A stretch of 64,000 nt of DNA from an uncultured Prevotellaceae bacterium (GCA_900319525.1 ONOU01000021.1:6149-70148); one strand, 5' to 3'; positions 41,958 through 51,289 are shown, numbered from the stretch's first letter. The notes: generated by a model not told the origin, from the letters alone. Numbers and translations are program-made.

Positions 41958-41965
41958 TAACTTTG
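41958..41965 (+). promoter_or_regulatory. -7 promoter box (TAACTTTG), 4 nt upstream of the HUH-transposase-like ATG
   Basis: Matches TAnnTTTG, directly abutting the ATG at 41970. Confidence 0.4.
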
Positions 41966-41969
41966 TGGC

Positions 41970-42953
41970 ATGAGAAATAAACGTGATGAACAGTGTAGGC
42001 AATGGTGGCAGCAACATCACGACGGGCATGAGGTGAAACGGTCGATGAAGCGCCGCAATGCTTGGCATGATTATTATAGTCGCTGTATCTATATGATTAC
42101 ACTTGCCGTGGATGGCCGCAGGCCTGTCCTGGGTGAGTTGTGCGGCCCTGACGCAACACACCCGGCGCCATGGGTTTGTCCAACTGTGTTGGGGCAGCGT
42201 GTATTGGACTGCTGGAACGCTATCTCTGTCCATTACCCCGACGTGAGGACCATGGATGTCCAGTTGATGCCAGATCACTTGCATGGCGTGCTCTTTGTCA
42301 CCAAGCAGGTGCCTTATCACTTGGGCACGGTAGTGAACGGTTTTAAAGCAGGGTGCAATGCGGCGTCTAGAGAGGTGTTGGGACGCGTCTTGTGGGAGGA
42401 AGGATACCATGACCGCATCCTGATGAAGAAAGGGCAACTGGAAACAATGCTGAACTATGTGCACGATAATCCGCGCCGCCTGTGGACGAAGCGCTGCAAT
42501 CCTGACTACTTCACCGTTCAGCGGGAGTGCGCCATTGGTGACACTCAAGTCGCCGTGGCAGGAAACCGTTTCCTGCTTGAATATCCATTCAAGGTTGTTG
42601 TGCAGTGCTCTCGTTCTATCAATACCGATGAGGCCATCGCAAGAGAGGTGAACCGTTACCTGAATATAGCACGTGATGGAGCCGTGCTGGTGTCGGCCAG
42701 CATCAGCCCCTGCGAGAAGGCAGTGATGAGGGCCGCCTTTGAGGTTGGAGTTAAGGAAATTGTCCTGCTTGAGAATGGTTTTTCCCCCATGTGGAAGCCT
42801 GGTGGGCAACAATTTGACGCCTGCGCCAAAGGGCAACTGCTATTTATCGCGCCATGGCCTTACCATAGCGAACGCAAGACAATCACCAGGGCACAATGCA
42901 TGCAACTCAATGACTTGGCAAAGCAGATTGCCTCTATAGAGCCACAACGGTAG
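41970..42953 (+). CDS. IS200/IS605-Y1 / RayT-like HUH transposase-family protein
   Basis: RNAWHDYYSRCIYMITLAV and the HUH motif in MPDHLHGVLFV are present. 327 aa, single copy, no flanking IS ends recognised. Confidence 0.6.
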   Translation: MRNKRDEQCRQWWQQHHDGHEVKRSMKRRNAWHDYYSRCIYMITLAVDGRRPVLGELCGPDATHPAPWVCPTVLGQRVLDCWNAISVHYPDVRTMDVQLMPDHLHGVLFVTKQVPYHLGTVVNGFKAGCNAASREVLGRVLWEEGYHDRILMKKGQLETMLNYVHDNPRRLWTKRCNPDYFTVQRECAIGDTQVAVAGNRFLLEYPFKVVVQCSRSINTDEAIAREVNRYLNIARDGAVLVSASISPCEKAVMRAAFEVGVKEIVLLENGFSPMWKPGGQQFDACAKGQLLFIAPWPYHSERKTITRAQCMQLNDLAKQIASIEPQR

Positions 42954-42963
42954 CTTGTAGCTT

Positions 42964-43044
42964 GCAAGCCGGTGGCTTGCACTACAGTGACATGCCTCGT
43001 TTTGCTTGCTGCCACGTTGCTGTAGTGCAGGGTAATGCCCTGCA
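42964..43044. repeat. cluster of nested hairpins downstream of the HUH gene (REP-like / terminator region)
   Basis: GCAAGCC-GGT-GGCTTGC (42964-42980). A 9-bp inverted repeat GCACTACAG/CTGTAGTGC (42979-42987 / 43020-43028). TGCAGGG-TAATG-CCCTGCA (43026-43044). Confidence 0.5.
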
Positions 43045-43084
43045 ATAATTGTCGGGAAACTGTTGCTGAATGGGAAATAATGAG

Positions 43085-43092
43085 TAATTTTG
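43085..43092 (+). promoter_or_regulatory. -7 promoter box (TAATTTTG) for the GT2 gene
   Basis: Matches TAnnTTTG, 30 nt upstream of the ATG at 43122. Confidence 0.4.
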
Positions 43093-43121
43093 TGGGATAA
43101 TTCATGTAACCTGGTATTACG

Positions 43122-44117
43122 ATGCCTTATTTTTCAGTGATAGTGCCGGTGTATAACCGGCGTGACGAGGTGGAGGACTTGTTGATGAGCCTCACCCGAC
43201 AGACCGACAAGGATTTTGAGATTATTCTGGTCGAGGACGGTTCGACCGAGCCGTGTGAGGACATTGCCCTGCGCTACAGCAGTGAACTGGACCTGCGTTA
43301 CTTCTACAAGAGCAACGAGGGCCGTTCCATCGCCCGCAACTATGGCCTGGAGCATGCCACGGGCCGGTATTTCGTCTTCTTTGACAGCGACTGCGTCATC
43401 CCGCCTGACTACTTCAAGACGCTGGGCAAGGAACTGGCCAATGACTTTGTGCCGTGTTTTGGCGGTCCCGATGCCGCGAGCGATGATTTCACCGATGTGC
43501 AGAAGGCCATTTCCTTCTCGATGACGTCGTTCCTGACCACTGGCGGCATCCGTGGCGGCAAGGTGCAGATGGAGAAGTTCGTGCCCCGCTCGTTCAACAT
43601 GGGTTATAGCCGCGAGGTGTATGAGAAGGTGGGCGGCTTCCGCGAGATGTTCAGTGAGGACATCGACATGAGCACCCGCGTGCGGCAAGCGGGCTTTGAC
43701 ATCCGCTTGATACGCCCCGCATTTGTCTATCACAAGCGCCGCACGAGTTTGAGCAAATTCGCACGGCAGACCTACGTGTTCGGCATGTCACGCATCACTC
43801 TCAAACTGCTCTACCCCGACAGCCTCAAGGCAGTGCACTGCCTGCCTGCCGTGTTCCTGATCGGCTGTGTGGCCCTATTGCTTCTCTCGTTGTGGAAGTG
43901 GTGGTTCATCCTGCCCATCCTGCTGTATGCGGCGATGCTGTGGGTGGCTGCCCTGATCGAGACCCGCAGCCTGAAAATCGCCTGCCTGGCCGTGGCGTCG
44001 AGTTTCACTCAATTGTGCAGCTACGGCTGGGGCTTCATCAAGGCCTACGTGTGGAAAATCCTGCTCAAGCACGGACGTGATATCGACGAGGAAGTCGCCA
44101 TGCGCAAGGGGAAATAG
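43122..44117 (+). CDS. family 2 glycosyltransferase with C-terminal TM helices
   Basis: FSVIVPVYNRRDEV, ILVEDGST and FFDSDC (DxD) are GT2 motifs. Confidence 0.8.
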   Translation: MPYFSVIVPVYNRRDEVEDLLMSLTRQTDKDFEIILVEDGSTEPCEDIALRYSSELDLRYFYKSNEGRSIARNYGLEHATGRYFVFFDSDCVIPPDYFKTLGKELANDFVPCFGGPDAASDDFTDVQKAISFSMTSFLTTGGIRGGKVQMEKFVPRSFNMGYSREVYEKVGGFREMFSEDIDMSTRVRQAGFDIRLIRPAFVYHKRRTSLSKFARQTYVFGMSRITLKLLYPDSLKAVHCLPAVFLIGCVALLLLSLWKWWFILPILLYAAMLWVAALIETRSLKIACLAVASSFTQLCSYGWGFIKAYVWKILLKHGRDIDEEVAMRKGK

Positions 44118-44166
44118 GCGTTAGGTTTTAGGCTTTAGGTGATTCAGGTAGTTAAGTCAGTCGATT

Positions 44167-44892
44167 ATGGAGGAGAAAGACAATAGCAAGTTGGCGGTGA
44201 GCCGTAACATCAAGGAGACGGTGCCCGAGGAAGACCGCCCGCGCGAGAAGGCCAAGAAGCATGGCTTCGGCAGCCTGTCCACGGCCGAGCTGCTTGCCAT
44301 CCTGCTCAGGGTGGGCACGCCTGGCGAGTCGGTCGTTGACTTGTGCCAGCGCATCCTGCGTGACAATGATGACAAACTCTACCTGATTGCACGCAAGGGC
44401 ATCAACAACCTGGTGAAGAACTATCATGGTATCGGCGAGGTTAAGGCCATCGAGATTCTTGCAGCCCTGGAACTGGCTCGCCGCTACCAGCAGGAGGAAT
44501 TCCAGGAGCGCTATAAAATCACAAGCAGTGATGCCGCCTACAATTACTTGAAATCACGCATGAGCGATCTTGACCACGAGGAAATCATGGTCGTGTTGCT
44601 CAACCATGCCAAGCAGGTCGAGGAGTGCGTGCGCATCAGCAGCGGCGGAACGGCCATGACCGTGGCCGACATCAAGATGATCCTGCGACCTGCCATCGAG
44701 CGCCTGTCGTCGGGCATCATCCTGGCGCATAACCACCCCAGCGACAATCCCAACCCCAGCGTGCAGGACGACCGCCTCACCGAGCGCGTCCACCAGGCCT
44801 GCAAGGTCATGGACATCCAGCTGGTGGACCATATCGTCGTGTGCCGCGGTGGCCGCTACTACAGCTACAACGACCACGGCCGCCTGCTGTGA
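44167..44892 (+). CDS. radC: RadC family JAB-domain protein
   Basis: The JAMM motif HNHPSDNPNPS and an N-terminal HhH-like LSTAELLAILLRVG. Confidence 0.85.
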   Translation: MEEKDNSKLAVSRNIKETVPEEDRPREKAKKHGFGSLSTAELLAILLRVGTPGESVVDLCQRILRDNDDKLYLIARKGINNLVKNYHGIGEVKAIEILAALELARRYQQEEFQERYKITSSDAAYNYLKSRMSDLDHEEIMVVLLNHAKQVEECVRISSGGTAMTVADIKMILRPAIERLSSGIILAHNHPSDNPNPSVQDDRLTERVHQACKVMDIQLVDHIVVCRGGRYYSYNDHGRLL

Positions 44893-44929
44893 TTACCAAA
44901 TTCAATAACAATATCTAAAAACTGTCTTT

Positions 44930-45778
44930 ATGAAAATCTTGAGAATCATTTTATGCATTGCTGTTGCCTTGATGGCCGTTGTGTCGTGCACGCCTAAGAA
45001 AGAGGCGCCTAATAAAGAGACACCTAAGGTGCTGGTATTGTATTACTCACAGACGTCGAACACCCGGACCGTGGCGCAGGAAATCGCCACACGCCTGAAT
45101 GCCGATATCGAGGAAATCGCCCTTGTGGAGCCCTATGACACGGCGTTCCAGGCAACGATTGACCGCTGCAAGGCTGACCGTGAGAAAGGCATCCTGCCCG
45201 AGATCAAGCCCTTGAAATCCAATATTGCCGATTATGACTGGATTTTCATCGGCTATCCCATCTGGTTCGGCACTTATGCTCCCCCTGTTGCCTCCTTGCT
45301 CGAGAAAATTGACCTGAGTGACAAGTGGGTGGTGCCGTTCTGCACCTTCGGCAGTGGTGGACTGGAGTCGAGCGTGAAAGATCTGGAAGCTAAGCAGCCC
45401 AATGCCAAGGTGATGCCCGGCTATGGTGTGCGCGCCGCTCGCATCGATGCCGTTCCCGGAGAGGTAGAATTGTTCCTGAAGTCCATCGGCCTGATTGAGG
45501 GTAGCTTCTTCAAGCCTGCCGATTTTCCTGAGCAGCACCCCGTGAGTGCCGACGAAGACGCCATCTTTGACGCCGCCGTCAACGGCTATCGGATGCTCAA
45601 TGCCAAGGCAACAACCGTCGCATCGCGCACTATCGTTGATGGCACCGAATACCTGTTTACAGCTCAGGACATGCGACAAGATGTCAACCCCAGCGACTCG
45701 CAACTCACCAGCGAGATTCAGGTCTATGTAACCGTCGAGAAAGGCAAGTCCCCAGTGTTCACCAAGGTCGTCAGATAA
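44930..45778 (+). CDS. flavodoxin-like lipoprotein with an extra C-terminal domain
   Basis: Lipobox (AVVSCT). VLVLYYSQTSNTRTVAQ and GYPIWFGTYAPP are flavodoxin_4-like. About 100 extra C-terminal residues. Confidence 0.6.
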   Translation: MKILRIILCIAVALMAVVSCTPKKEAPNKETPKVLVLYYSQTSNTRTVAQEIATRLNADIEEIALVEPYDTAFQATIDRCKADREKGILPEIKPLKSNIADYDWIFIGYPIWFGTYAPPVASLLEKIDLSDKWVVPFCTFGSGGLESSVKDLEAKQPNAKVMPGYGVRAARIDAVPGEVELFLKSIGLIEGSFFKPADFPEQHPVSADEDAIFDAAVNGYRMLNAKATTVASRTIVDGTEYLFTAQDMRQDVNPSDSQLTSEIQVYVTVEKGKSPVFTKVVR

Positions 45779-45844
45779 CAGCTGTCTTCCTTGTTGCAAA
45801 AAATGACTATTCTGGCTCCTATGAGCCTTGATTTTACGAAAAAT

Positions 45845-45884
45845 CGACATGCGACAGGTTAATTGTCCGTATGTCGTTTTTTTT
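45845..45884 (+). terminator. rho-independent terminator after the flavodoxin-like gene
   Basis: An imperfect hairpin CGACATGCGACAGG...TTGTCCGTATGTCG, followed by T8. Confidence 0.6.
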
Positions 45885-45887
45885 ATA

Positions 45888-45895
45888 TACCTTTG
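45888..45895 (+). promoter_or_regulatory. -7 promoter box (TACCTTTG) for cmk
   Basis: Matches TAnnTTTG, 31 nt upstream of the ATG at 45926. Confidence 0.4.
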
Positions 45896-45925
45896 TGGCA
45901 GTTAATCAACATTAAAGAAGAGACA

Positions 45926-46627
45926 ATGACGCTGAAAAAGATTACCATTGCCATTGACGGACACTCGTCGACGGGCAAGAGCACTATGGCCAAGGCGCTG
46001 GCAAGGCGCATTGGCTATGCCTATGTGGACACGGGCGCAATGTACCGTGCCGTGACGCTGTTTGCCCTGCGCAACAAGCTCATCAGGCGCGGCAAGGTGG
46101 ACGAGCACGCCCTCAAGGAGCACTTGAAGCGCGGCGACGTCGCCATCACCTTCCGTCCCGCCAAGGACGGCAAGAGCGTTACCGTGCTCAACGGCAAGAA
46201 CGTGGAGCGCTACATCCGCTCGATGCGCGTGAGCAACGTGGTGAGCATCATCGCCGCCATCGGCTTTGTGCGCAAGGCGATGGTCAAGCAGCAGCAGGCC
46301 ATGGGCAAGGATAAGGGCGTGGTGATGGACGGTCGCGACATCGGCACGGTCGTTTTCCCTGATGCCGAGATGAAGGTGTTTGCCACCGCGAGTGCCCAGG
46401 TGCGTGCCCAGCGTCGCTTTGACGAACTGCGGGCTAAGGGTGACACGACCACGACATTTGACGAGGTGCTGGCTAACGTCACCGAGCGTGACCGCATCGA
46501 CAGCACCCGCAAGGAGAGCCCCCTGCGCCAGGCCGATGACGCTGTCGTGCTCGATAATTCCTACTTGACGCTGGAAGAGCAGAACGAGTGGCTCTATAAC
46601 CTGTATCTTGAACGCGCCAGGCAGTAA
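45926..46627 (+). CDS. cmk: (d)CMP kinase
   Basis: ORF trimmed to [33 protein letters not shown] and [11 protein letters not shown] are present. Confidence 0.9.
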   Translation: MTLKKITIAIDGHSSTGKSTMAKALARRIGYAYVDTGAMYRAVTLFALRNKLIRRGKVDEHALKEHLKRGDVAITFRPAKDGKSVTVLNGKNVERYIRSMRVSNVVSIIAAIGFVRKAMVKQQQAMGKDKGVVMDGRDIGTVVFPDAEMKVFATASAQVRAQRRFDELRAKGDTTTTFDEVLANVTERDRIDSTRKESPLRQADDAVVLDNSYLTLEEQNEWLYNLYLERARQ

Positions 46628-46656
46628 TGGCTTGGGCATCATAACAAAGAAGGGTC

Positions 46657-47532
46657 GTGGCAATCATTGAGATAGATAACGGATCGGGGTTCTGCTTCGG
46701 GGTGACGACGGCCATCCGCAAGGCAGAGGAGGAACTCGATGAGACCGGGCATCTCTACTGCCTGGGTGACATCGTGCACAATACCGCCGAGGTGGATCGC
46801 CTGGCCAGTCGAGGCCTGGAAACCATCACCCACGGCCAGCTGGAGCAGCTGCATGACGTGAAGGTGCTGCTGCGGGCGCACGGCGAGCCTCCCGAGACCT
46901 ACGGGACCGCACGCCGCAACCACATCGACATCATCGATGCCACATGCCCGGTAGTGCTCAAGCTGCAGCAGCGCATCCATGCCACGTTCAACAGCGATAC
47001 AGGGGCAGGCAAGTCCAGGCCCCAGATCGTCATTTACGGCAAGCGAGGCCATGCCGAGGTGCTGGGCCTGGTGGGGCAGACCCAGGGGCAGGCCACTGTG
47101 ATCGAGAATATCGGTGAAATCGACAAGATCGACTACTCGCGTGACATCTATCTCTATTCCCAGACGACGAAGAGCGTGCAGGAGTTCCAGCACATCGTTG
47201 AGGAAATCAAGCGGCGTGTGGAGCCCGGCGTTACCTTCCGCAGTTTCGATACCATCTGCCGCTCGGTGGCCAACCGCATTCCCCAGATACGCGAATTTGC
47301 GCGCCAGCATGAACTCATCTTGTTTGTCAGCGGCGCCAAGAGCAGCAACGGGCGCATCCTGTTTGCCGAGTGCCTGGATGCCAACCCTGATTCTCACCTC
47401 ATCAGCTGTGAGGGCGACATTGATCCCGCGTGGCTGCTGGGCAAGGAGCGGATAGGCATTTGCGGAGCAACATCAACGCCGCGCTGGCTCATGCAGCGCG
47501 TGAGCGACAAAGTACATCAGTTAACTACCTAA
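46657..47532 (+). CDS. ispH: 4-hydroxy-3-methylbut-2-enyl diphosphate reductase
   Basis: GFCFGV, IVHN, DATCP and SSN motifs. The start codon at 46657 is GTG. Confidence 0.9.
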   Translation: MAIIEIDNGSGFCFGVTTAIRKAEEELDETGHLYCLGDIVHNTAEVDRLASRGLETITHGQLEQLHDVKVLLRAHGEPPETYGTARRNHIDIIDATCPVVLKLQQRIHATFNSDTGAGKSRPQIVIYGKRGHAEVLGLVGQTQGQATVIENIGEIDKIDYSRDIYLYSQTTKSVQEFQHIVEEIKRRVEPGVTFRSFDTICRSVANRIPQIREFARQHELILFVSGAKSSNGRILFAECLDANPDSHLISCEGDIDPAWLLGKERIGICGATSTPRWLMQRVSDKVHQLTT

Positions 47533-47582
47533 AGCGGTGTCATGCAGCCCATGCTGCGTGAACACAAACCCAAAATAGATAT

Positions 47583-48734
47583 ATGACTAAAAAGAACCTC
47601 ATCATTGTCATCATGCTGCTCACCATCATCGACCTGATGGCGGCTGGATGGTACATGTCACGACGCATCGAGGCAAGCGGCAGGAGCCAGAACCTGTTTG
47701 ACCAGCGCGACTCAACCGAGGTGATCGCCATGGCCGATACCGTGACATCGGCTTCACAGGCCGACGTGTTTGACAAGTTGCAGCACAACACCTATTACTA
47801 TATCTCCAACACGCCGGCAATCCAGGGTGATGAGAGCTCCTACTACACCAGCACCAAGCACGTGAAGGTGCGCTGGCCCAAGAAGGTGAACGGTAACGAT
47901 GACTTGACTGATCTCAACAAGGAACTCATCAGGAAAGCCTTTGGCAATGTACAGTCGTCGATGAAGGATGCCCGCTACGTCTTCCTGAACACGCCCTCGT
48001 TTAACAAACCCGTCGGCGACGATTACCGCAAGCTGGTCAAGGCGCCGCGTGTCTATCCCGTCTATGGCAACGTCACCCAGGTGATGGTCTATCCTTACAT
48101 GACGTCACAGCGCCTGCTGGTGATGGAGATCGACAAGGTCGAATATAACGGCTCATCAACGATAGAGAGCAATAGCTATATCCACTATGACCGCATGCAG
48201 CAGCGTGTGCTGTCGCGCATCGACATTCTCGTTGCCGATGTGGACAAGGAGGCAAAGTTGCTCAAGGTACTCAACAAGAAAATCGACGCGTTGAATAAGG
48301 GGCGGGGCGACAGCAACCAGTTGCAGCACGCGCTCAATGTGCCTGCCGAGGTGCGCTGCAGCAGGAAGGGCATCGTTTTTGGCTTCAAGCACGGCTCTAT
48401 CTCCAGCGATCCCATCGATGTCCTGATTGAGTATGACCAGTTGGAGCCCTTCTTGACCAAGGAATTCAAGCAGTTGCAGGAGAATAACGGCGGCTACAAG
48501 AGTTTTGCTGACGAAGCGCCTAAAGCTGAGCCCCTGCAACAGGCTTCGGCAGCACATTCAACGGCCAGCAAAGCGCCCGCAGTGAAGACGTCCAAGAAGT
48601 ATTACAACAGGAAATATAGGGGCTATAACGTCAAGCCAAGACGTACCACTCGGAGGCACTATAGCGCGGCAACGCACAGATCTGGACATCGCGCTCGCGC
48701 TGGTCGGCGGCATTGGAGGCATCGCCGACGCTAA
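47583..48734 (+). CDS. hypothetical membrane-anchored protein (3' end uncertain)
   Basis: N-terminal TM helix and no recognised motif. The last ~35 codons are Arg-rich and lie antisense to the convergent MBL gene. Confidence 0.45.
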   Translation: MTKKNLIIVIMLLTIIDLMAAGWYMSRRIEASGRSQNLFDQRDSTEVIAMADTVTSASQADVFDKLQHNTYYYISNTPAIQGDESSYYTSTKHVKVRWPKKVNGNDDLTDLNKELIRKAFGNVQSSMKDARYVFLNTPSFNKPVGDDYRKLVKAPRVYPVYGNVTQVMVYPYMTSQRLLVMEIDKVEYNGSSTIESNSYIHYDRMQQRVLSRIDILVADVDKEAKLLKVLNKKIDALNKGRGDSNQLQHALNVPAEVRCSRKGIVFGFKHGSISSDPIDVLIEYDQLEPFLTKEFKQLQENNGGYKSFADEAPKAEPLQQASAAHSTASKAPAVKTSKKYYNRKYRGYNVKPRRTTRRHYSAATHRSGHRARAGRRHWRHRRR

Positions 48735-49659
48735 GGCCTCTCCCTTCCAGGGCTTGGCGCATGGCCGTCAAGGCAATCTCTTCGGTATTATTGTCCTTGC
48801 TCAGGTGGCACAGGAACACATGCTGCAGGTCCTCATGGTAATGTTGTGAAACAAATTGTGCGGCAACCTCATTGTCCAGATGCCCCCTCTCGCCCTTGAC
48901 GCGGTCCTTGAGCATCTGGGGGTACCTTCCTTTCTCGAGCATGGTCAGGTCGTAGTTGCACTCGATCATCAGGTGATGGGCACGACTCATGTAGTGGGCC
49001 GCGCGGTCAGTGATGATGCCCATGTCGGTCGCTACGACAAAGCGCTCTCCCTCATACTCGATGCTGAATCCCACGCTCTTGACATCATGGCTGGTTTCAA
49101 AGGCGGTGATTTCCATGTCCAGCACGCGGAACGGTATTTCCTTGAAGATGGGCACGTGATGGTCGGTAATGCGCCCCGAGATGCGGCATCGCTGCAGCAT
49201 CTGGCTCATCACTCCCATGGTGCAGTACACGCTGCAATTGCAGCGGCTCACGGCTGGATACAGGCACCGCATGTGGTCCTGGTGGGCATGGGTGAGCAAT
49301 ACGCCCTTGATCATTGAGGGGCTCACGCCGTTACGCTCCAGCACGGCAAACGCCTGGTCGAGCGTGAGCACGTCTTGGTGCTCGGGATTTTTCTTCTTGC
49401 GGTGGTACTTGACGGGTTCACGGATGCCCGCATCGATGAGGATGCCGCCACGCGGTGTCCCCAGGTAGGCGCAGTTCCCGCTGCTGCCGCTCCCGAAGCT
49501 GATGAAGCACAACCCCTTGCCTGTGCTCATGTGCCGTGGAACGATAGGTCGCTCCTCGGCGGTGGGTACCTCATGGGGCGTGTCGTCGCCGTTGACGTCA
49601 AATGCGATCTTCAACGGGCGTCCCGAGTTGGTGAATCCTTTATATTTGTGACCAGGCAT
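48631..49659 (-). CDS. MBL-fold metallo-hydrolase
   Basis: LLTHAHQDH is the HxHxDH motif. 342 aa. Confidence 0.75.
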   Translation of the reverse strand: MPGHKYKGFTNSGRPLKIAFDVNGDDTPHEVPTAEERPIVPRHMSTGKGLCFISFGSGSSGNCAYLGTPRGGILIDAGIREPVKYHRKKKNPEHQDVLTLDQAFAVLERNGVSPSMIKGVLLTHAHQDHMRCLYPAVSRCNCSVYCTMGVMSQMLQRCRISGRITDHHVPIFKEIPFRVLDMEITAFETSHDVKSVGFSIEYEGERFVVATDMGIITDRAAHYMSRAHHLMIECNYDLTMLEKGRYPQMLKDRVKGERGHLDNEVAAQFVSQHYHEDLQHVFLCHLSKDNNTEEIALTAMRQALEGRGLSVGDASNAADQRERDVQICALPRYSASEWYVLA

Positions 49660-49665
49660 GAGTGA

Positions 49666-50385
49666 TTATTGGAACAATAGAAAAATGGTGGGAATCTTGT
49701 GGTAATTGTATTGGGCCTGCCGCCATTGCCCGATGGTGCGCGTGATGATGGACTGGCTCTCGCCGGTAATGTCGCTCGCTACACACAGGCGCATGGCTGC
49801 CGGCAAATGGCTCGCCAGGTCGGCAATGAGCTGGTTGTTGCGGTAGGGGGCTTCGATAAAAATCTGAGTCTGGCGTTCACGCTCGATGCGGCGTGTCATC
49901 TCCTTGAGCTTGGATTGACGGGCCTGACCGTCAACGGGCAGGTATCCCAGGAAAGCGAAACTCTGGCCATTGAACCCTGACGCCATCAGGCTCATGAGGA
50001 TGCTGGATGGCCCCACCAGCGGAAACACCTTGTATCCCTTGCGTTGGGCGATGGCGACGAGGTCGGCGCCTGGATCGGCGACGGCGGGGCATCCTGCGTC
50101 ACTGATGACGCCCACAGGCTCGCCACGGCTGATGGGGGTCAGCATGGCCTCGATGGCTGCGGTGTCGCTCAGGTCGGTGTGCTCGTTGAGCTCGTTGAAC
50201 GTGAGGGCATCAATGTCGATATCCCGGTCGCATTTCTTGAGGAAACGTCGTGCCGACCGCACGCTCTCGACGACAAAGTGCCGTATCTGGCGTACAACGG
50301 CAATGTTGTGCGCCGGCAGCACCCGGTCTAGTGTCACGTCACTCAACTGAGTGGGAATCAAGTATAAACCCGCCTCTAATGACAT
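49666..50385 (-). CDS. SAM-dependent methyltransferase (tetrapyrrole-methylase fold, RsmI-like)
   Basis: SDAGCPAVADPG and GPSSILMSLMASG are RsmI-family motifs. Confidence 0.7.
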   Translation of the reverse strand: MSLEAGLYLIPTQLSDVTLDRVLPAHNIAVVRQIRHFVVESVRSARRFLKKCDRDIDIDALTFNELNEHTDLSDTAAIEAMLTPISRGEPVGVISDAGCPAVADPGADLVAIAQRKGYKVFPLVGPSSILMSLMASGFNGQSFAFLGYLPVDGQARQSKLKEMTRRIERERQTQIFIEAPYRNNQLIADLASHLPAAMRLCVASDITGESQSIITRTIGQWRQAQYNYHKIPTIFLLFQ

Positions 50386-50416
50386 CGTTTTCTGGTTGTC
50401 TAATTCAACTCATCTG

Positions 50417-50424
50417 CAAAGTTA
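50417..50424 (-). promoter_or_regulatory. -7 promoter box (TAACTTTG) for the methyltransferase/MBL operon
   Basis: Matches TAnnTTTG on the minus strand, 32 nt upstream of the ATG at 50385. Confidence 0.4.
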
Positions 50425-50574
50425 ATGAAAAAACTCCACTTGCCTTACATTTTTGTAACACTTCGTTCGGTTTTTTACAAAAAGAGAACTACCGCATTTT
50501 ATAAGCCAAGGGACGCCAGCACGGTGATGAGAGGCGTCCCTTGTTAGGGTTAGGTTGCTGTTATGTGTGGGGGA

Positions 50575-51138
50575 TTACCTCACGCGGCCCTGATAGCTGC
50601 CGTCGCGGGTGTCCACCTCGATGATCTCGTCGGTGTCGATGAACAGCGGCACGCGAACGGTGGCACCGGTCTCGACGGTGGCGGGCTTGAGGGTGTTGGT
50701 GGCGGTGTCGCCTTTCACTCCGGGCTCGGTGTAGGTGATCTTCAGCTGGGTCTTGATGGGCATCTCGGCAAACAGGACGGTCTCGGTCGATGCGTCGCTG
50801 ACAACCTCAACGATGTCGCCTTCCTTCATGTAGTCGGCGCCAGTGATCAGGTCCTTGCTGATGGGAATCTGCTCAAAAGTCTCGTTGTTCATGAACATAG
50901 CGTCCTGACCATCCATGTACAGGTACTGATAGGGGCGTCGCTCCACACGCACGTCCTCAAGCTTCTCACCGATGTTGAAGCGACGTTCCAGCACGCGGCC
51001 GTCAACGACGTTTTTCAACTTGGTGCGCATGAAGGTGTTACCCTTACCGGGCTTTACATGAAGGAATTCGATGCAGAAATACAGATCGCCGTCCAAGCGG
51101 ATGCACGTTCCGTTCTTGATGTCTTGAGCGTTAATCAT
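50575..51138 (-). CDS. efp: elongation factor P
   Basis: [20 protein letters not shown] is the EF-P signature. 187 aa. Confidence 0.95.
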   Translation of the reverse strand: MINAQDIKNGTCIRLDGDLYFCIEFLHVKPGKGNTFMRTKLKNVVDGRVLERRFNIGEKLEDVRVERRPYQYLYMDGQDAMFMNNETFEQIPISKDLITGADYMKEGDIVEVVSDASTETVLFAEMPIKTQLKITYTEPGVKGDTATNTLKPATVETGATVRVPLFIDTDEIIEVDTRDGSYQGRVR

Positions 51139-51200
51139 AATTGTAGTTGTTGTACTATTATTTTATGTGAATATTGTTTGTAATCAGTCTAATGTGGGTG

Positions 51201-51208
51201 CAAAAGTA
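51201..51208 (-). promoter_or_regulatory. -7 promoter box (TACTTTTG) for efp
   Basis: Matches TAnnTTTG on the minus strand, 63 nt upstream of the ATG. Confidence 0.4.
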
Positions 51209-51281
51209 GTGATTTTGAGAAAAAAAACAAAAACTTTTCTGCAAAAATGCATTTGGATTTGTGTAATTTGAAAAAAAGGAC

Positions 51282-51289
51282 TAATTTTG
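51282..51289 (+). promoter_or_regulatory. -7 promoter box (TAATTTTG) for rpmH
   Basis: Matches TAnnTTTG, 51 nt upstream of the ATG at 51340. Confidence 0.4.
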
